DNA of 64,000 nt, from IMG/VR virus record IMGVR_UViG_3300008262_003982; one strand, 5' to 3'. This document shows, one piece after another, positions 28,232 to 37,719 of the stretch. The position numbers were made by a program, and so were the translations under genes. The DNA comes from a virus. Lineage: Duplodnaviria; Heunggongvirae; Uroviricota; Caudoviricetes. The notes under the pieces were generated by a model. The model was given only the letters and a program-made list of their open reading frames with translations, was not told the DNA's origin and searched no databases. How positions within the stretch are numbered: position 1 is the stretch's first letter; each line of letters begins with the position of its first letter.

Positions 28232-28626
28232 AACTAGCATATTCCGCACATCAATTAAACAAGAATCAAATCCATCCACTGAATGATTCAGTGATTGTGA
28301 CTGACATGACCTTTGACGAACGTTTTACCACAGGTGGTATTGTGTTGCTGAACGACAACGGCAAAAGCACCGGTATCCGTCCACGCTGGGGACAAGTGTA
28401 TGCTGTGGGTCCAGAACAACATGAAGTCACTGTGGGACAATGGGTGTGTGTGGCACATGGTCGTTGGACCAGGGGCATTGAAGTAGAAGATGAAACTGGC
28501 AAGCAAACCCTACGCAGAGTAGATCCAAAAGACATCATGCTGGTGAGTGACGAACAGCCGCAAGATGAAACATTTTCGGGTGCCATTCACGTGGAAGCCA
28601 AACCTAGTCATATGCAACACAACTGA
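28228..28626 (+). CDS. GroES-like co-chaperonin (Cpn10)
   Basis: IHPLNDSVIV...TTGGIVL...GQVYAVGP...VTVGQWV. Confidence 0.85.
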   Translation: MKLAYSAHQLNKNQIHPLNDSVIVTDMTFDERFTTGGIVLLNDNGKSTGIRPRWGQVYAVGPEQHEVTVGQWVCVAHGRWTRGIEVEDETGKQTLRRVDPKDIMLVSDEQPQDETFSGAIHVEAKPSHMQHN

Positions 28627-28627
28627 C

Positions 28628-28858
28628 ATGATAATCAACTGGGACGTGGACAAGGTCATTGCTGACTGTCAAAAAATGTACTATGGTGCAAACGACAATT
28701 ATGAAACTGGTTGGAACAATTGGCCTTGTAAACAAGACTTGTATCGTGTGAAATTTGCTGTGGAAGAAATGCTCAAAGACACTGCTACCTTTACTGGTGA
28801 ACAAGAGTGGCTGGAACAATTGGAAAAAGAAAAAATGTGGAAGGCTCTGAAGAAATGA
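28628..28858 (+). CDS. hypothetical protein
   Basis: ATG directly after the GroES stop. Confidence 0.65.
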   Translation: MIINWDVDKVIADCQKMYYGANDNYETGWNNWPCKQDLYRVKFAVEEMLKDTATFTGEQEWLEQLEKEKMWKALKK

Positions 28859-29046
28859 GCAAAGGATCAAGACCACGACAATCAACTGTCAGTCAAGAAG
28901 AACTAGCGGCCAGACATACTGAGATTTTTGGCAAAAAAGAACCCAAGCCGCGTTGGGTTCCGCCACCTTTACCTGATGAACTACAAACACAAAGTTCATT
29001 TGAGCGGCAATTGGGTACCAACAAACTACCGCCAGGACGCACATGA
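28855..29046 (+). CDS. hypothetical protein
   Basis: ATGA overlap; MSKGSRPR... Confidence 0.6.
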   Translation: MSKGSRPRQSTVSQEELAARHTEIFGKKEPKPRWVPPPLPDELQTQSSFERQLGTNKLPPGRT

Positions 29047-29249
29047 TGTTTACCGATCCGGATGCAAACTATCAGTGTTTCTGCTATAATTGCAACAAGG
29101 ACAGAGAAACAGAATCAGGTTGGTCCTGGGTGCTAACCAGAATGATTGTTTGTCCCACGTGTGGCAACAAACGGTGCCCGCACTCCACAGATCACCACTT
29201 ACAATGCACCGGATCAAATGAACCCGGACAACCAGGAAGCAGATACTAA
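29043..29249 (+). CDS. small Zn-finger-like protein
   Basis: CFCYNC...CPTCGNKRCPH...C. Confidence 0.7.
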   Translation: MMFTDPDANYQCFCYNCNKDRETESGWSWVLTRMIVCPTCGNKRCPHSTDHHLQCTGSNEPGQPGSRY

Positions 29250-30172
29250 TGAAAGAACTATGGGTAGAAAAATATCGTCCTAGCACAGTCGATGGCTATG
29301 TGTTTGTGGATGATGCACAACGTGAGCAAGTACAACAATGGATACGAGACAAAAGCATTCCACATTTGATGCTGTCGGGGTCGCCGGGCACAGGTAAAAC
29401 CACACTGGCCAAACTGCTGATCAATGAACTGGGCGTGGATCAATTTGATGTGATGTACGCAAACGGATCCAAGGAAGCTCGCAAGGTTGAGTGGGTAGAC
29501 AAGCTGATCTCTTTTTGTCAGACCATGCCATTTGGAACTTTCAAAGTTGTGCTGATTGACGAAGCTGACTACATGAACGTGAACTCAGTTCAGCCTGCAC
29601 TACGTAACCTCATGGAAGACTACTCACAAACTGTGAGATTTATATTAACTTGCAACAGTCCCAGCAAGATCATGAAACCCATCCACAGTCGATGCCAGAG
29701 TTTTCATATCATCAAAACTGATCACACAGAGTTCACTGCTCGAGTGGCCACGGTGTTGGTCACCGAAGGTGTGGAGTTTGATTTGGACACCTTGGACACG
29801 TATATCAAAGCAACATACCCTGATCTGCGCAAGTGTTTGAATTTGGTACAGCCCAACAGTCAAAGTGGCACGTTGTTGCCACCAGGTCGAGCAGATGTTG
29901 GCACACAAGACTGGAGACTGAAATCAGTTGAACTGTTTAAAGCAGGACAGGTGCGCCAGGCTCGCACACTGATTGCACAAAGCACCAGCCCGGACGATGC
30001 AGACGAAGTGTTTACTTGGATGTACAACAACTTGGATCTGTGGGGCGACACACCTGAACGTCAGGATCAAGCCATTGTGATCATACGCAACGGCATGGTG
30101 AATATTCCATTGAGTGCAGATCAGGAAATCAACTTGAGTGCCACTTTAATTGAACTGAGTAATATTGAATGA
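29249..30172 (+). CDS. clamp loader AAA+ subunit (T4 gp44 / RFC-like)
   Basis: WVEKYRP, GSPGTGKTT, LIDEAD and SRC motifs. Confidence 0.93.
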   Translation: MKELWVEKYRPSTVDGYVFVDDAQREQVQQWIRDKSIPHLMLSGSPGTGKTTLAKLLINELGVDQFDVMYANGSKEARKVEWVDKLISFCQTMPFGTFKVVLIDEADYMNVNSVQPALRNLMEDYSQTVRFILTCNSPSKIMKPIHSRCQSFHIIKTDHTEFTARVATVLVTEGVEFDLDTLDTYIKATYPDLRKCLNLVQPNSQSGTLLPPGRADVGTQDWRLKSVELFKAGQVRQARTLIAQSTSPDDADEVFTWMYNNLDLWGDTPERQDQAIVIIRNGMVNIPLSADQEINLSATLIELSNIE

Positions 30173-30435
30173 GATACCTAATCCTGACCTACTATAAGAA
30201 GCCTACTGGCCAAATTGATGAAGTTATGGCTGTGGCCAAAAATCTCAAAACAAGAGATCATGCCACTGCCAATGTTATTCTTGATTTTAAAAAGCTAGAG
30301 GTAGTGAAGTGCAGTATGGGCGGAGTGCAAGTTCCTAGAGACTTTAACAAAATTGTAGAATACTACATGAAACACTATGAATCAACCATAACACGGTTGT
30401 TCAACGAGAATGGATATGAAATTGTTGAGCCATAA
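30169..30435 (+). CDS. hypothetical protein
   Basis: ATGA overlap with the clamp loader. Confidence 0.7.
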   Translation: MRYLILTYYKKPTGQIDEVMAVAKNLKTRDHATANVILDFKKLEVVKCSMGGVQVPRDFNKIVEYYMKHYESTITRLFNENGYEIVEP

Positions 30436-31567
30436 GAAAAAGTTTTTCTTATTCAAAGAGTCAAAACATTTTTGTGCAGTACCATGGAACCATTTTCAAA
30501 TTTTTTCTGATGGTGCTGTTCGCACTTGCAGCAAAGGAATTCCGTTTGGCAATATAAATGATCAACCGCTGGATCAAATCTTACAGTCAGCAGATATACA
30601 GGCAATCAAACAAGATTTATTACAAGATACTTTCAATCAAAACTGCACAGCTTGTCATCGCCTGACCACTGGTACTGAGCACTTTGATTTACGCAATCAT
30701 TATAATCCCATGTTTAAAAACTTTGATATCAACTATGAAGATATCACTGCATTTGAACTTAATGGCGTTGATTTACATTGGGACAATACCTGCAATTTTA
30801 AATGTGTGTATTGCAATCCGGCTCAAAGCAGTTTGATTGCACAAGAACAAGGCATAACAACCAATCGAAGTGACAACAAGAATATTGATGACATTATTGC
30901 TAGGATTGAACAAAATCAGTATGTCATGAAAGAGATATATCTTTCTGGTGGCGAACCGTTGTTGATCAAACACAATGTTAAATTACTCAAAAAACTTGTC
31001 AATACAGAACTTCCAATAAGAATCAATTCAAACATCAGTCAAGCCACTGACTCTAATTCAGTGTTTGTCGAACTCAAACGATTTAAAAATGTTCTTTGGA
31101 CTGTGAGTGCAGACTGTATAGAAGATAAATTCAATTATGTAAGACAAGGCGGCAACTGGAATCAGTTTCTTAACAATCTCAAAACTATCAAAACACTTGG
31201 TCATGACATACGATTAAATCTAGTATGGTTTGTGGGCAGTGTATCTGACTTGACTGATACTATCAAATATTTTGTGCAAGAGCACGGAATTACAGACATC
31301 ACAATCAATCAACTGTACAAACATCAATATCTACGTGCCAGGCATGCACCCACTGCAATCAAGCAACTTGCTTGCACACAGATAAATCAATTGTTGACAT
31401 CTGGACTGATTGAAAACAAATCAAACTCCTGGTTCAATATTGCAAGATGTACACAAGAATTAGAAACAGTAGAGTCTGATCCTTCGGGATATGTCAAATA
31501 TTTTGATCATTTGGACCAGCTGCGGGGCACCAATTGGCGCCGGGTGTTTCCGGAGCTGGTAGTATGA
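30410..31567 (+). CDS. radical SAM protein with N-terminal SPASM/twitch-like Cys motif
   Basis: FCAVPW...RTC...CTACH; CNFKCVYC; SGGEP. Confidence 0.9.
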   Translation: MDMKLLSHKKKFFLFKESKHFCAVPWNHFQIFSDGAVRTCSKGIPFGNINDQPLDQILQSADIQAIKQDLLQDTFNQNCTACHRLTTGTEHFDLRNHYNPMFKNFDINYEDITAFELNGVDLHWDNTCNFKCVYCNPAQSSLIAQEQGITTNRSDNKNIDDIIARIEQNQYVMKEIYLSGGEPLLIKHNVKLLKKLVNTELPIRINSNISQATDSNSVFVELKRFKNVLWTVSADCIEDKFNYVRQGGNWNQFLNNLKTIKTLGHDIRLNLVWFVGSVSDLTDTIKYFVQEHGITDITINQLYKHQYLRARHAPTAIKQLACTQINQLLTSGLIENKSNSWFNIARCTQELETVESDPSGYVKYFDHLDQLRGTNWRRVFPELVV

Positions 31568-32226
31568 AAACTTGTTTGATCATGGGCGGCGGATCAAAAT
31601 TTGGCGCCAAATTGACTGAACAACTTGTGGCACACGACTATCATGTGTATCTTGTGACCAGCAATGCTAACGCTTGGGTCCACACCCCCAACGTGACTGT
31701 GATACCAGTTGAATGGAAAAAAATGCAATTGGCAAACATTCGACAATGCATTCCAAATTTACAGCATATTGACTTGGTATTTTTCAATCACAATGCATCA
31801 GCGTTGAGCGAATCAAAATTTAAAAAATCTACTGTGCAAAATCCTAGAGATTGGCAACAGAGTTATTTTGTATCTTGTCAATTTCCATTTTATCTTGTGC
31901 ATGCGTTGGGCAATCGGATTGATCATAGTACCAAAATTGGTTGGATGTTGAGTGAGTTAATTGTGCAACCAAAACTCAATCATGTTGGTTACGCAGATTA
32001 CATTGGCAACAAGTTTACCAATGCTTGTATCATGAAGTCGTTTGCAATGAACTTTCCTGCTTGTTTTTTTGGTGTGCATCCTGACGGTGGGTTATCAAAT
32101 CAACTTGACAACAAAGCCCGAGATATAGTACACTTGATTAACACAAAATCAACCACAGAACTAAACGGAAATATTTTTTCCACACAAGGCGAAATACTCA
32201 GACTCTATGAAAAAATACAACCCTAA
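31564..32226 (+). CDS. short-chain dehydrogenase/reductase-like Rossmann protein (atypical)
   Basis: CLIMGGGSKFG; DLVFFNHNA; Y..NK. Confidence 0.7.
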   Translation: MKTCLIMGGGSKFGAKLTEQLVAHDYHVYLVTSNANAWVHTPNVTVIPVEWKKMQLANIRQCIPNLQHIDLVFFNHNASALSESKFKKSTVQNPRDWQQSYFVSCQFPFYLVHALGNRIDHSTKIGWMLSELIVQPKLNHVGYADYIGNKFTNACIMKSFAMNFPACFFGVHPDGGLSNQLDNKARDIVHLINTKSTTELNGNIFSTQGEILRLYEKIQP

Positions 32227-32803
32227 ACAATTGATCCTAGTTGACGCAGATGGCGTGCTCCTTAACTGGGAGTATGCATTTGCCATCTGGATGGAACAGC
32301 ACGGGCACGAACAACAGGCCGGCGGCGAATTTGTGTACGATATTGGTGACCGCTATGGCATCTCAAAAGACCAAGGCCGCAAGCTGATCAAACTGTTTAA
32401 CGAGTCAGCTGCCATTGGGTTCTTGCCACCCTTGAGAGATGCCATGTACTATGTGAAACGCCTGCATGAAGAACATGGCTATCGATTTCACTGCATCACA
32501 AGTCTAAGCTCAGATGTAAATGCACAGCGACTGAGAGAAATGAATCTTGCCAAACTGTTTGGAAAAACAGCGTTTGAACAGATTGTTTGTTTGGAAACTG
32601 GTGCAGATAAGAATGAAGCACTGGAGCCCTACAGAGATTCCGGCTGTTGGTGGATAGAAGACAAACCGGAAAATGCTGAAGTTGGACACAAATTAGGGTT
32701 ACGTAGCATCCTGGTGGAGCACGGGCATAATATGAATCATGTCAACGAACAAATTCCGGTCGTCAAAAATTGGCGGGAAATTTACGCGATAATCACCTCC
32801 TAA
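32207..32803 (+). CDS. HAD-family 5'(3')-deoxyribonucleotidase-like phosphatase
   Basis: LVDADGVLLNW motif I; WWIEDKPEN motif IV. Confidence 0.82.
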   Translation: MKKYNPKQLILVDADGVLLNWEYAFAIWMEQHGHEQQAGGEFVYDIGDRYGISKDQGRKLIKLFNESAAIGFLPPLRDAMYYVKRLHEEHGYRFHCITSLSSDVNAQRLREMNLAKLFGKTAFEQIVCLETGADKNEALEPYRDSGCWWIEDKPENAEVGHKLGLRSILVEHGHNMNHVNEQIPVVKNWREIYAIITS

Positions 32804-33570
32804 TCTGCGTACAACTTCAACACTGACCCAATTATCCGGTGACGTTGAACGTCCCGTGTTTCCATCTTACACACAGCAATACCATTCACATCACGATTCT
32901 GCAAGCGATTGCACAGATCCAATAGTCCATTATTGACAGTGCTACGATCAGCTTGCTCCACATCACCTGTGATCACAATCTTGCTGTTTTGCCCTATTCT
33001 AGTCATCAGCATTTTGGCCTGTGCGGGAGTTGCATTTTGCATTTCGTCCGCGATTATATAACTGTTTTTAAAGGTTCGACCTCGCATGAATGCCAGTGGC
33101 GAGATTTCGATAGTACCTTCTTCTATCATGGCCGTAATGTCTGCTGGGCGGTAAAATTCCCGCATGACGTCAAACAAAGGTCTTGTCCATGGCTCCATTT
33201 TCTTTTCAAGAGTGCCAGGTAAGAATCCTATTTTTTCACCTTCTACCTCAACGGCAGGTCGTGTTAGTACTATGCGATCGCATACTCCTTCTTTAAGTGC
33301 TTTTACTGCGGCCAACATGGCTAGGTAAGTTTTACCTGTACCAGCTGGTCCAGCAGTGACAACAATATGTTGATCAGGATCCATGAGAGCCAACACAAGA
33401 GCTTCTTGATTTCGTGTTCGAGGGATCAATTCTACTCTGCGTTGGGCCGCTTTGGGTGCTTGTGAAAAGCTGATGGTGTTTTCTACCGCCTGATTCATAC
33501 GTTTTGCTTGTGCTTTTGCTGCTCGATTTCTGCTCAAAGTTTCTATACTCCTTTTGTCCTTGATGGACAT
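32800..33570 (-). CDS. phoH: PhoH-like ATPase (alternative TTG start at 33537 with AGGAG RBS)
   Basis: GPAGTGKT, LTRPAVE, GFLPG, PLAFMRGRTF, DEMQN and ITGD..Q.D. Confidence 0.95.
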   Translation of the reverse strand: MSIKDKRSIETLSRNRAAKAQAKRMNQAVENTISFSQAPKAAQRRVELIPRTRNQEALVLALMDPDQHIVVTAGPAGTGKTYLAMLAAVKALKEGVCDRIVLTRPAVEVEGEKIGFLPGTLEKKMEPWTRPLFDVMREFYRPADITAMIEEGTIEISPLAFMRGRTFKNSYIIADEMQNATPAQAKMLMTRIGQNSKIVITGDVEQADRSTVNNGLLDLCNRLQNRDVNGIAVCKMETRDVQRHRIIGSVLKLYAD

Positions 33571-33573
33571 GGA

Positions 33574-33636
33574 TATTTACGGCCAGCACAACTTCAAGAT
33601 ATGTGGACTGATCTGGATGGATTCAATCACTAAATA
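33574..33636. promoter_or_regulatory. divergent late promoter cores
   Basis: TATTTA 33574-33579 (minus strand, phoH) and TAAATA 33631-33636 (plus strand). Confidence 0.65.
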
Positions 33637-33655
33637 CTGACCAGGCGGAATTGCA

Positions 33656-34570
33656 TTGAAATACACATTTGAAAACAAAGTAGAATTCTACATCACCAAC
33701 GTATGCAATTTGACATGTGAAAATTGCAATCGTTTTAACAATCATCGATTCACTGGTTGGCAACGCTGGAGTGACTATGCTGACACCTATCGACGCTGGG
33801 GCGAATATATTGAATTAAAAAACATTGTGATCCTGGGTGGCGAACCCACCCTAAACCCCACACTGTCAGAATGGGTTGTGGGATTAAATGATATTTTTAA
33901 ATGCAACATACAGATTCTTTCAAATGGATTGCAGTTAAAATCCAATCCTGATTTGTACAATGCTCTTGCCAATATAAAAGCCGACAACGGCCTGGCCTGC
34001 GGCAATATTGAAATAAGCCTGCACAACTTGGACCATTTTGATCAAATACGAAGCAATATAAAAAGTTTTTTACAGCCAATCAATGAAGAATATGGCACAG
34101 CAATTGATGTGGTTGACAAATACAACTCAGACAATCATGCTTTCTATTCAGCACGAGATGTGAACAATGTGCTGGTCAGAATGCATTTGGCCAACAGTTT
34201 TCACGATGCAGCAGTGTACAGAAACAATCAAGGACAATTTGCACTGCATGATTCAGACCCTTTTTTTGCACATCAAGCCTGCGGGTTTGCTCAGTACAAA
34301 TGCTATCATTTCATTCGTGGCCAACTGTACAAATGCGGGCCAGTGGCCCTGATGCCTGAATTTGACCAACAGCACAATCTAGCAATCAGCGACCAAGATC
34401 GACTGTTATTAAACAGCTATCAACCGCTGACAGTGAATGACTGGCCAGGTCCTGCTGTGGACTGGCTGGCACGATTAGATGACCCTATTGCACAGTGCAA
34501 ATTTTGCCCTACTATTACCAAACAAAACATCACAATTTACCCCACGGTCAAAGGCCGCAATGCATCATAA
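33656..34570 (+). CDS. radical SAM protein
   Basis: ITNVCNLTCENC; LGGEPTLNP; C-terminal Cys cluster CGF..C...C...CKFC. Confidence 0.9.
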   Translation: MKYTFENKVEFYITNVCNLTCENCNRFNNHRFTGWQRWSDYADTYRRWGEYIELKNIVILGGEPTLNPTLSEWVVGLNDIFKCNIQILSNGLQLKSNPDLYNALANIKADNGLACGNIEISLHNLDHFDQIRSNIKSFLQPINEEYGTAIDVVDKYNSDNHAFYSARDVNNVLVRMHLANSFHDAAVYRNNQGQFALHDSDPFFAHQACGFAQYKCYHFIRGQLYKCGPVALMPEFDQQHNLAISDQDRLLLNSYQPLTVNDWPGPAVDWLARLDDPIAQCKFCPTITKQNITIYPTVKGRNAS

Positions 34571-34612
34571 AACCAAAAACCACAACACAGTGTTTTTGCC
34601 ATAAATAATCAC

Positions 34613-35209
34613 ATGCAAACCAAGAACGCACACGGCATCAACGACAAAGAACTGTTCAAAAATCACGAAGATTATTGGCAGGTAGCCGACAATATTCGCA
34701 ACATCTACATGAGCGACGGCAGTCTTACCACGCTGTTGGACTTTGAGCGTGTGCTGGACGAATTAGATATCTATGCATTTCGCAACTGGGCCATTGGCGA
34801 ACTGGTACAAGGCCCGGATATTGGCAAGTACACAGTGGGCTGTATTTTCATGTGGCCTGAAAAGCTCATGCCCGACCCACGTGGTGGTCGACGCTTGTTG
34901 CCATTTGACTGCGAAATAAAGTACAAAAAGCAAAAGATCAAGATTCCCATCAAAATTACAGACCCATCAGACTACCGCCCGGGTACCAAAAAAGCCAAGA
35001 TCATGGAACGTGATGTATGGCTGGTAGAAATAGTCATGCCCAAGGCCTTAATGAGTGAAATACGTACAGGTTCCATTGAAATGGAAGACGAGGACATTGA
35101 CCTCGGAGATTTAGATGATGCCTACGAGCAGGATCTAGATCAAGAAGCCAATCAAAGTGATTCACAAGCAAATGATGCACAACAACAACTCTCACAACCC
35201 TCTGCTTGA
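34613..35209 (+). CDS. hypothetical late protein with acidic C-terminus
   Basis: TAAATA 5 nt upstream; 198 aa ORF. Confidence 0.8.
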   Translation: MQTKNAHGINDKELFKNHEDYWQVADNIRNIYMSDGSLTTLLDFERVLDELDIYAFRNWAIGELVQGPDIGKYTVGCIFMWPEKLMPDPRGGRRLLPFDCEIKYKKQKIKIPIKITDPSDYRPGTKKAKIMERDVWLVEIVMPKALMSEIRTGSIEMEDEDIDLGDLDDAYEQDLDQEANQSDSQANDAQQQLSQPSA

Positions 35210-35729
35210 AGGTCTACAGTATCGTGACCTCGACGGCATAATGAAGCCCACTATTCACGTGGATGAATTCAGCTCAAAAATGGGCGACGACGAAGACATC
35301 ATTGTGCTGAGCTTTTTTGTGCGTGACAAAGCCGCTGCCAAGGATCTTGTGGCGTGGTTTGAAAAAGGCTATGATTTTGTGCTGGACGCTGACCGTTCAC
35401 CCGGCGAAATCAAACCCAACAGATACTTGGTTTATCTGGAAATACGCAGACGCAGTTCAGCCCCACAGCATGTGCAAACACTGCTGGATGATCTTTCCAC
35501 GCTCACAGAGTATGAACCCGACGACTGGATGGTACACTACAACAATGGCAAATTTTCCTGGGACGAACAGGTGTTTGCTGACACTGTGCCACTCACGCCA
35601 GACGCTTATAGAAAAAGCACAGATCAGGATCTAAATGAATGGCGAGCAGCCGCTGGCCTGCCTGAAAAACAAATTCACGCAGTCAAGCGTGATCTGCGCG
35701 AACTTCAAGCCGCTGCTGGTTTGCTGTAA
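35172..35729 (+). CDS. hypothetical late protein
   Basis: ORF overlapping the previous gene; leader ...NPLLE|G. Confidence 0.75.
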   Translation: MMHNNNSHNPLLEGLQYRDLDGIMKPTIHVDEFSSKMGDDEDIIVLSFFVRDKAAAKDLVAWFEKGYDFVLDADRSPGEIKPNRYLVYLEIRRRSSAPQHVQTLLDDLSTLTEYEPDDWMVHYNNGKFSWDEQVFADTVPLTPDAYRKSTDQDLNEWRAAAGLPEKQIHAVKRDLRELQAAAGLL

Positions 35730-35830
35730 ACAAAATAAAGACGCCCCAATTCAGCGGGCTCTTTTTTGAACGTTTCCAATCGCAAATTGTAGCGTTCAGC
35801 AAATGCATTTACTATTTCAAATGTCCACAA
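35705..35830 (-). pseudogene. possible relic 3' end of a minus-strand gene (methyltransferase-like)
   Basis: WTFEIVNAFAERYNLRLETFKKEPAELGRLYFVY reads like a natural protein C-terminus, but its upstream frame is occupied by a plus-strand gene. Confidence 0.35.
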
Positions 35831-36735
35831 AAAAGATTGTGATTCGTACAGCTGATGTGCCGCCTTTTCTGTCAGTGTTTTCATACATAAAATTACGCAC
35901 CAACATTGAACGACTGTTTCGACGCCTGCCCCAACCAGCAAATCAAGTGCATGAGTGTGAGTTGAATTATCCTGTTGGCGCACTGCAACAGGCAGCTGAA
36001 CAGGCTCTTGCACTGTATGGCAGCTACGGCTGGTTGAGCAGGCAAGGACGATCACGCAGTTCATATCAGTCACTGAGTTTGACACACAATCCCCACATAC
36101 GTGATCCTGCTGTGACAGAATTCAATTCCACCCTGGGTTCAAGTTTTATTAACAATCAATCATTTTTTTATGGCAACGTGCGCACTTGGTTGGCCTTGCG
36201 TGGTCGTTTAAAAAATTCATACTATGACAGCTATGCATTCAATCAGCCCAACACAGTGGCACGTGAACAATTTGGTGATTTGTTGAGTCATTTTCCAAGA
36301 ACTCTAATAAGATCGCGACTGAGTGTGATTCGTGCTCATGCACAAGACAGTACAAATCCTGAATATCTACTGCACAAAGACGAGCCTGTGTATGAAAATG
36401 TCAGAATAAACATACCTTTAACTCAATCGCCTGATCATTATTTGCAGTACCGCGGTGAGGATATCAATTTACAATTGGGCCGGGCCTACACCTGGGACAC
36501 CAATCAGTCCCATCGAGTGCATGGTGTGGATAGCGCAGACAGAACCAATCTAGTGCTGGGATTTAGCCCTTGGTTTGATTATGACGCAGAACACGAGGCC
36601 TGGGTCAGCAATGAATACTACGGTGAATGCCACCCCATTGAAATGGTGCAAAATGGTTGGGTTGCAGATATTTTAAAGGTCAAAGTTTCATCATTAAATA
36701 ATTCAAAGGACACACTATGCCACAACGTATCTTAA
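35821..36735 (+). CDS. 2OG-Fe(II) oxygenase / aspartyl beta-hydroxylase-like cupin
   Basis: RSRLSV...HKDE...RINIPL...YTWDTNQSHRV...RTNLV (HxD...H...R). Confidence 0.78.
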   Translation: MSTKKIVIRTADVPPFLSVFSYIKLRTNIERLFRRLPQPANQVHECELNYPVGALQQAAEQALALYGSYGWLSRQGRSRSSYQSLSLTHNPHIRDPAVTEFNSTLGSSFINNQSFFYGNVRTWLALRGRLKNSYYDSYAFNQPNTVAREQFGDLLSHFPRTLIRSRLSVIRAHAQDSTNPEYLLHKDEPVYENVRINIPLTQSPDHYLQYRGEDINLQLGRAYTWDTNQSHRVHGVDSADRTNLVLGFSPWFDYDAEHEAWVSNEYYGECHPIEMVQNGWVADILKVKVSSLNNSKDTLCHNVS

Positions 36736-37511
36736 TCATGGGCCTGCCAGGCTCGGGTAAAACCACACTGGCACGGGAATTGCAAGCACAGCTAGAAGCA
36801 GCTGGCAAGCAAGTGGGTTGGCTGAACGCAGACGAAATCCGCGAACAGTACAATGACTGGGACTTTTCAGAAGCCGGGCGTATTCGTCAAGCACGAAGAA
36901 TGCGTGAACTAGCAGACAAGCTCACAGCATATGACTACATGATAGCAGACTTTGTGGCACCCTTGGTGGAAATGCGCAATGTGTTCAAAGCAGATTGGAC
37001 TGTATGGGTAGACACCATCCGTGAAGGTCGATATGCTGATACCAATGCCATGTTTGTGGAACCCGAAGTGTACGACTTTCGCATAAATGAACAGAACTGT
37101 GAGAAATGGGCGGACTTCATTAAAGAGCACATTATCGACAATCGTCGACGTCCTGTGTTTGATTTCAAACGAGAAACTGTGCAAATGCTGGGTCGCTGGC
37201 AGCCCTGGCATGACGGCCATCGTGCGTTATTTGAACGCCTGCTAGAACGCACAGGGCAGGTTGTTATTCAAGTGCGTGATGTACAGGGCTGGCAGGGTTC
37301 TAATCCGTTTGAAGTGGAACGAGTGAAATCATTTATTCGACGTGACTTAGATCCTCTGTATCAAGGCCAGTATGAAATACAAGTTGTGCCCAACATTGTG
37401 CATATTGGCTGGGGTCGCGGCGTGGGCTATTCAGCCGGCGAAGAGTCATTTGACGAAGCAATCACAGATATTTCAGCCACAAAAATTCGCAAAGAATTAG
37501 GATTAAAGTGA
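36717..37511 (+). CDS. APS-kinase-like P-loop domain fused to HxGH nucleotidyltransferase domain
   Basis: IMGLPGSGKTTLA...LNADEIR...DFVAP; MLGRWQPWHDGH...NPF...ISAT.IR. Confidence 0.85.
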   Translation: MPQRILIMGLPGSGKTTLARELQAQLEAAGKQVGWLNADEIREQYNDWDFSEAGRIRQARRMRELADKLTAYDYMIADFVAPLVEMRNVFKADWTVWVDTIREGRYADTNAMFVEPEVYDFRINEQNCEKWADFIKEHIIDNRRRPVFDFKRETVQMLGRWQPWHDGHRALFERLLERTGQVVIQVRDVQGWQGSNPFEVERVKSFIRRDLDPLYQGQYEIQVVPNIVHIGWGRGVGYSAGEESFDEAITDISATKIRKELGLK

Positions 37512-37711
37512 CCGACAGCAATGGTCGTAGTCTAGTAAAAACTCTGACCTGGCGCATTACTGGCAGCGCCAGCACATTTACCATTGCGTATTTAATTACT
37601 GGTAGTTTTGGAATTAGCTCGGTCATTGCATTTGTGCAAATGGGTGTGAATACTGTGCTGTATTGGTTGCATGAACGGGCCTGGGCTCGGGTATCCTGGG
37701 GGCGCAACTAA
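37508..37711 (+). CDS. DUF2061-like small membrane protein
   Basis: RSLVKTLTWRI...LYWLHERAW; GTG start overlapping the upstream stop. Confidence 0.8.
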   Translation: MTDSNGRSLVKTLTWRITGSASTFTIAYLITGSFGISSVIAFVQMGVNTVLYWLHERAWARVSWGRN

Positions 37712-37719
37712 ATAATGGC

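Noticed and set aside
32800-33570. phoH, clamp loader, GH19 endolysin and HAD phosphatase as novelties
   Set aside because: These are routine genes of large myophages
35705-36085. ORF-track 126-aa minus-strand ORF as an expressed gene
   Set aside because: Its upstream two-thirds is antisense to the oxygenase and not protein-like; only the last ~40 codons look meaningful
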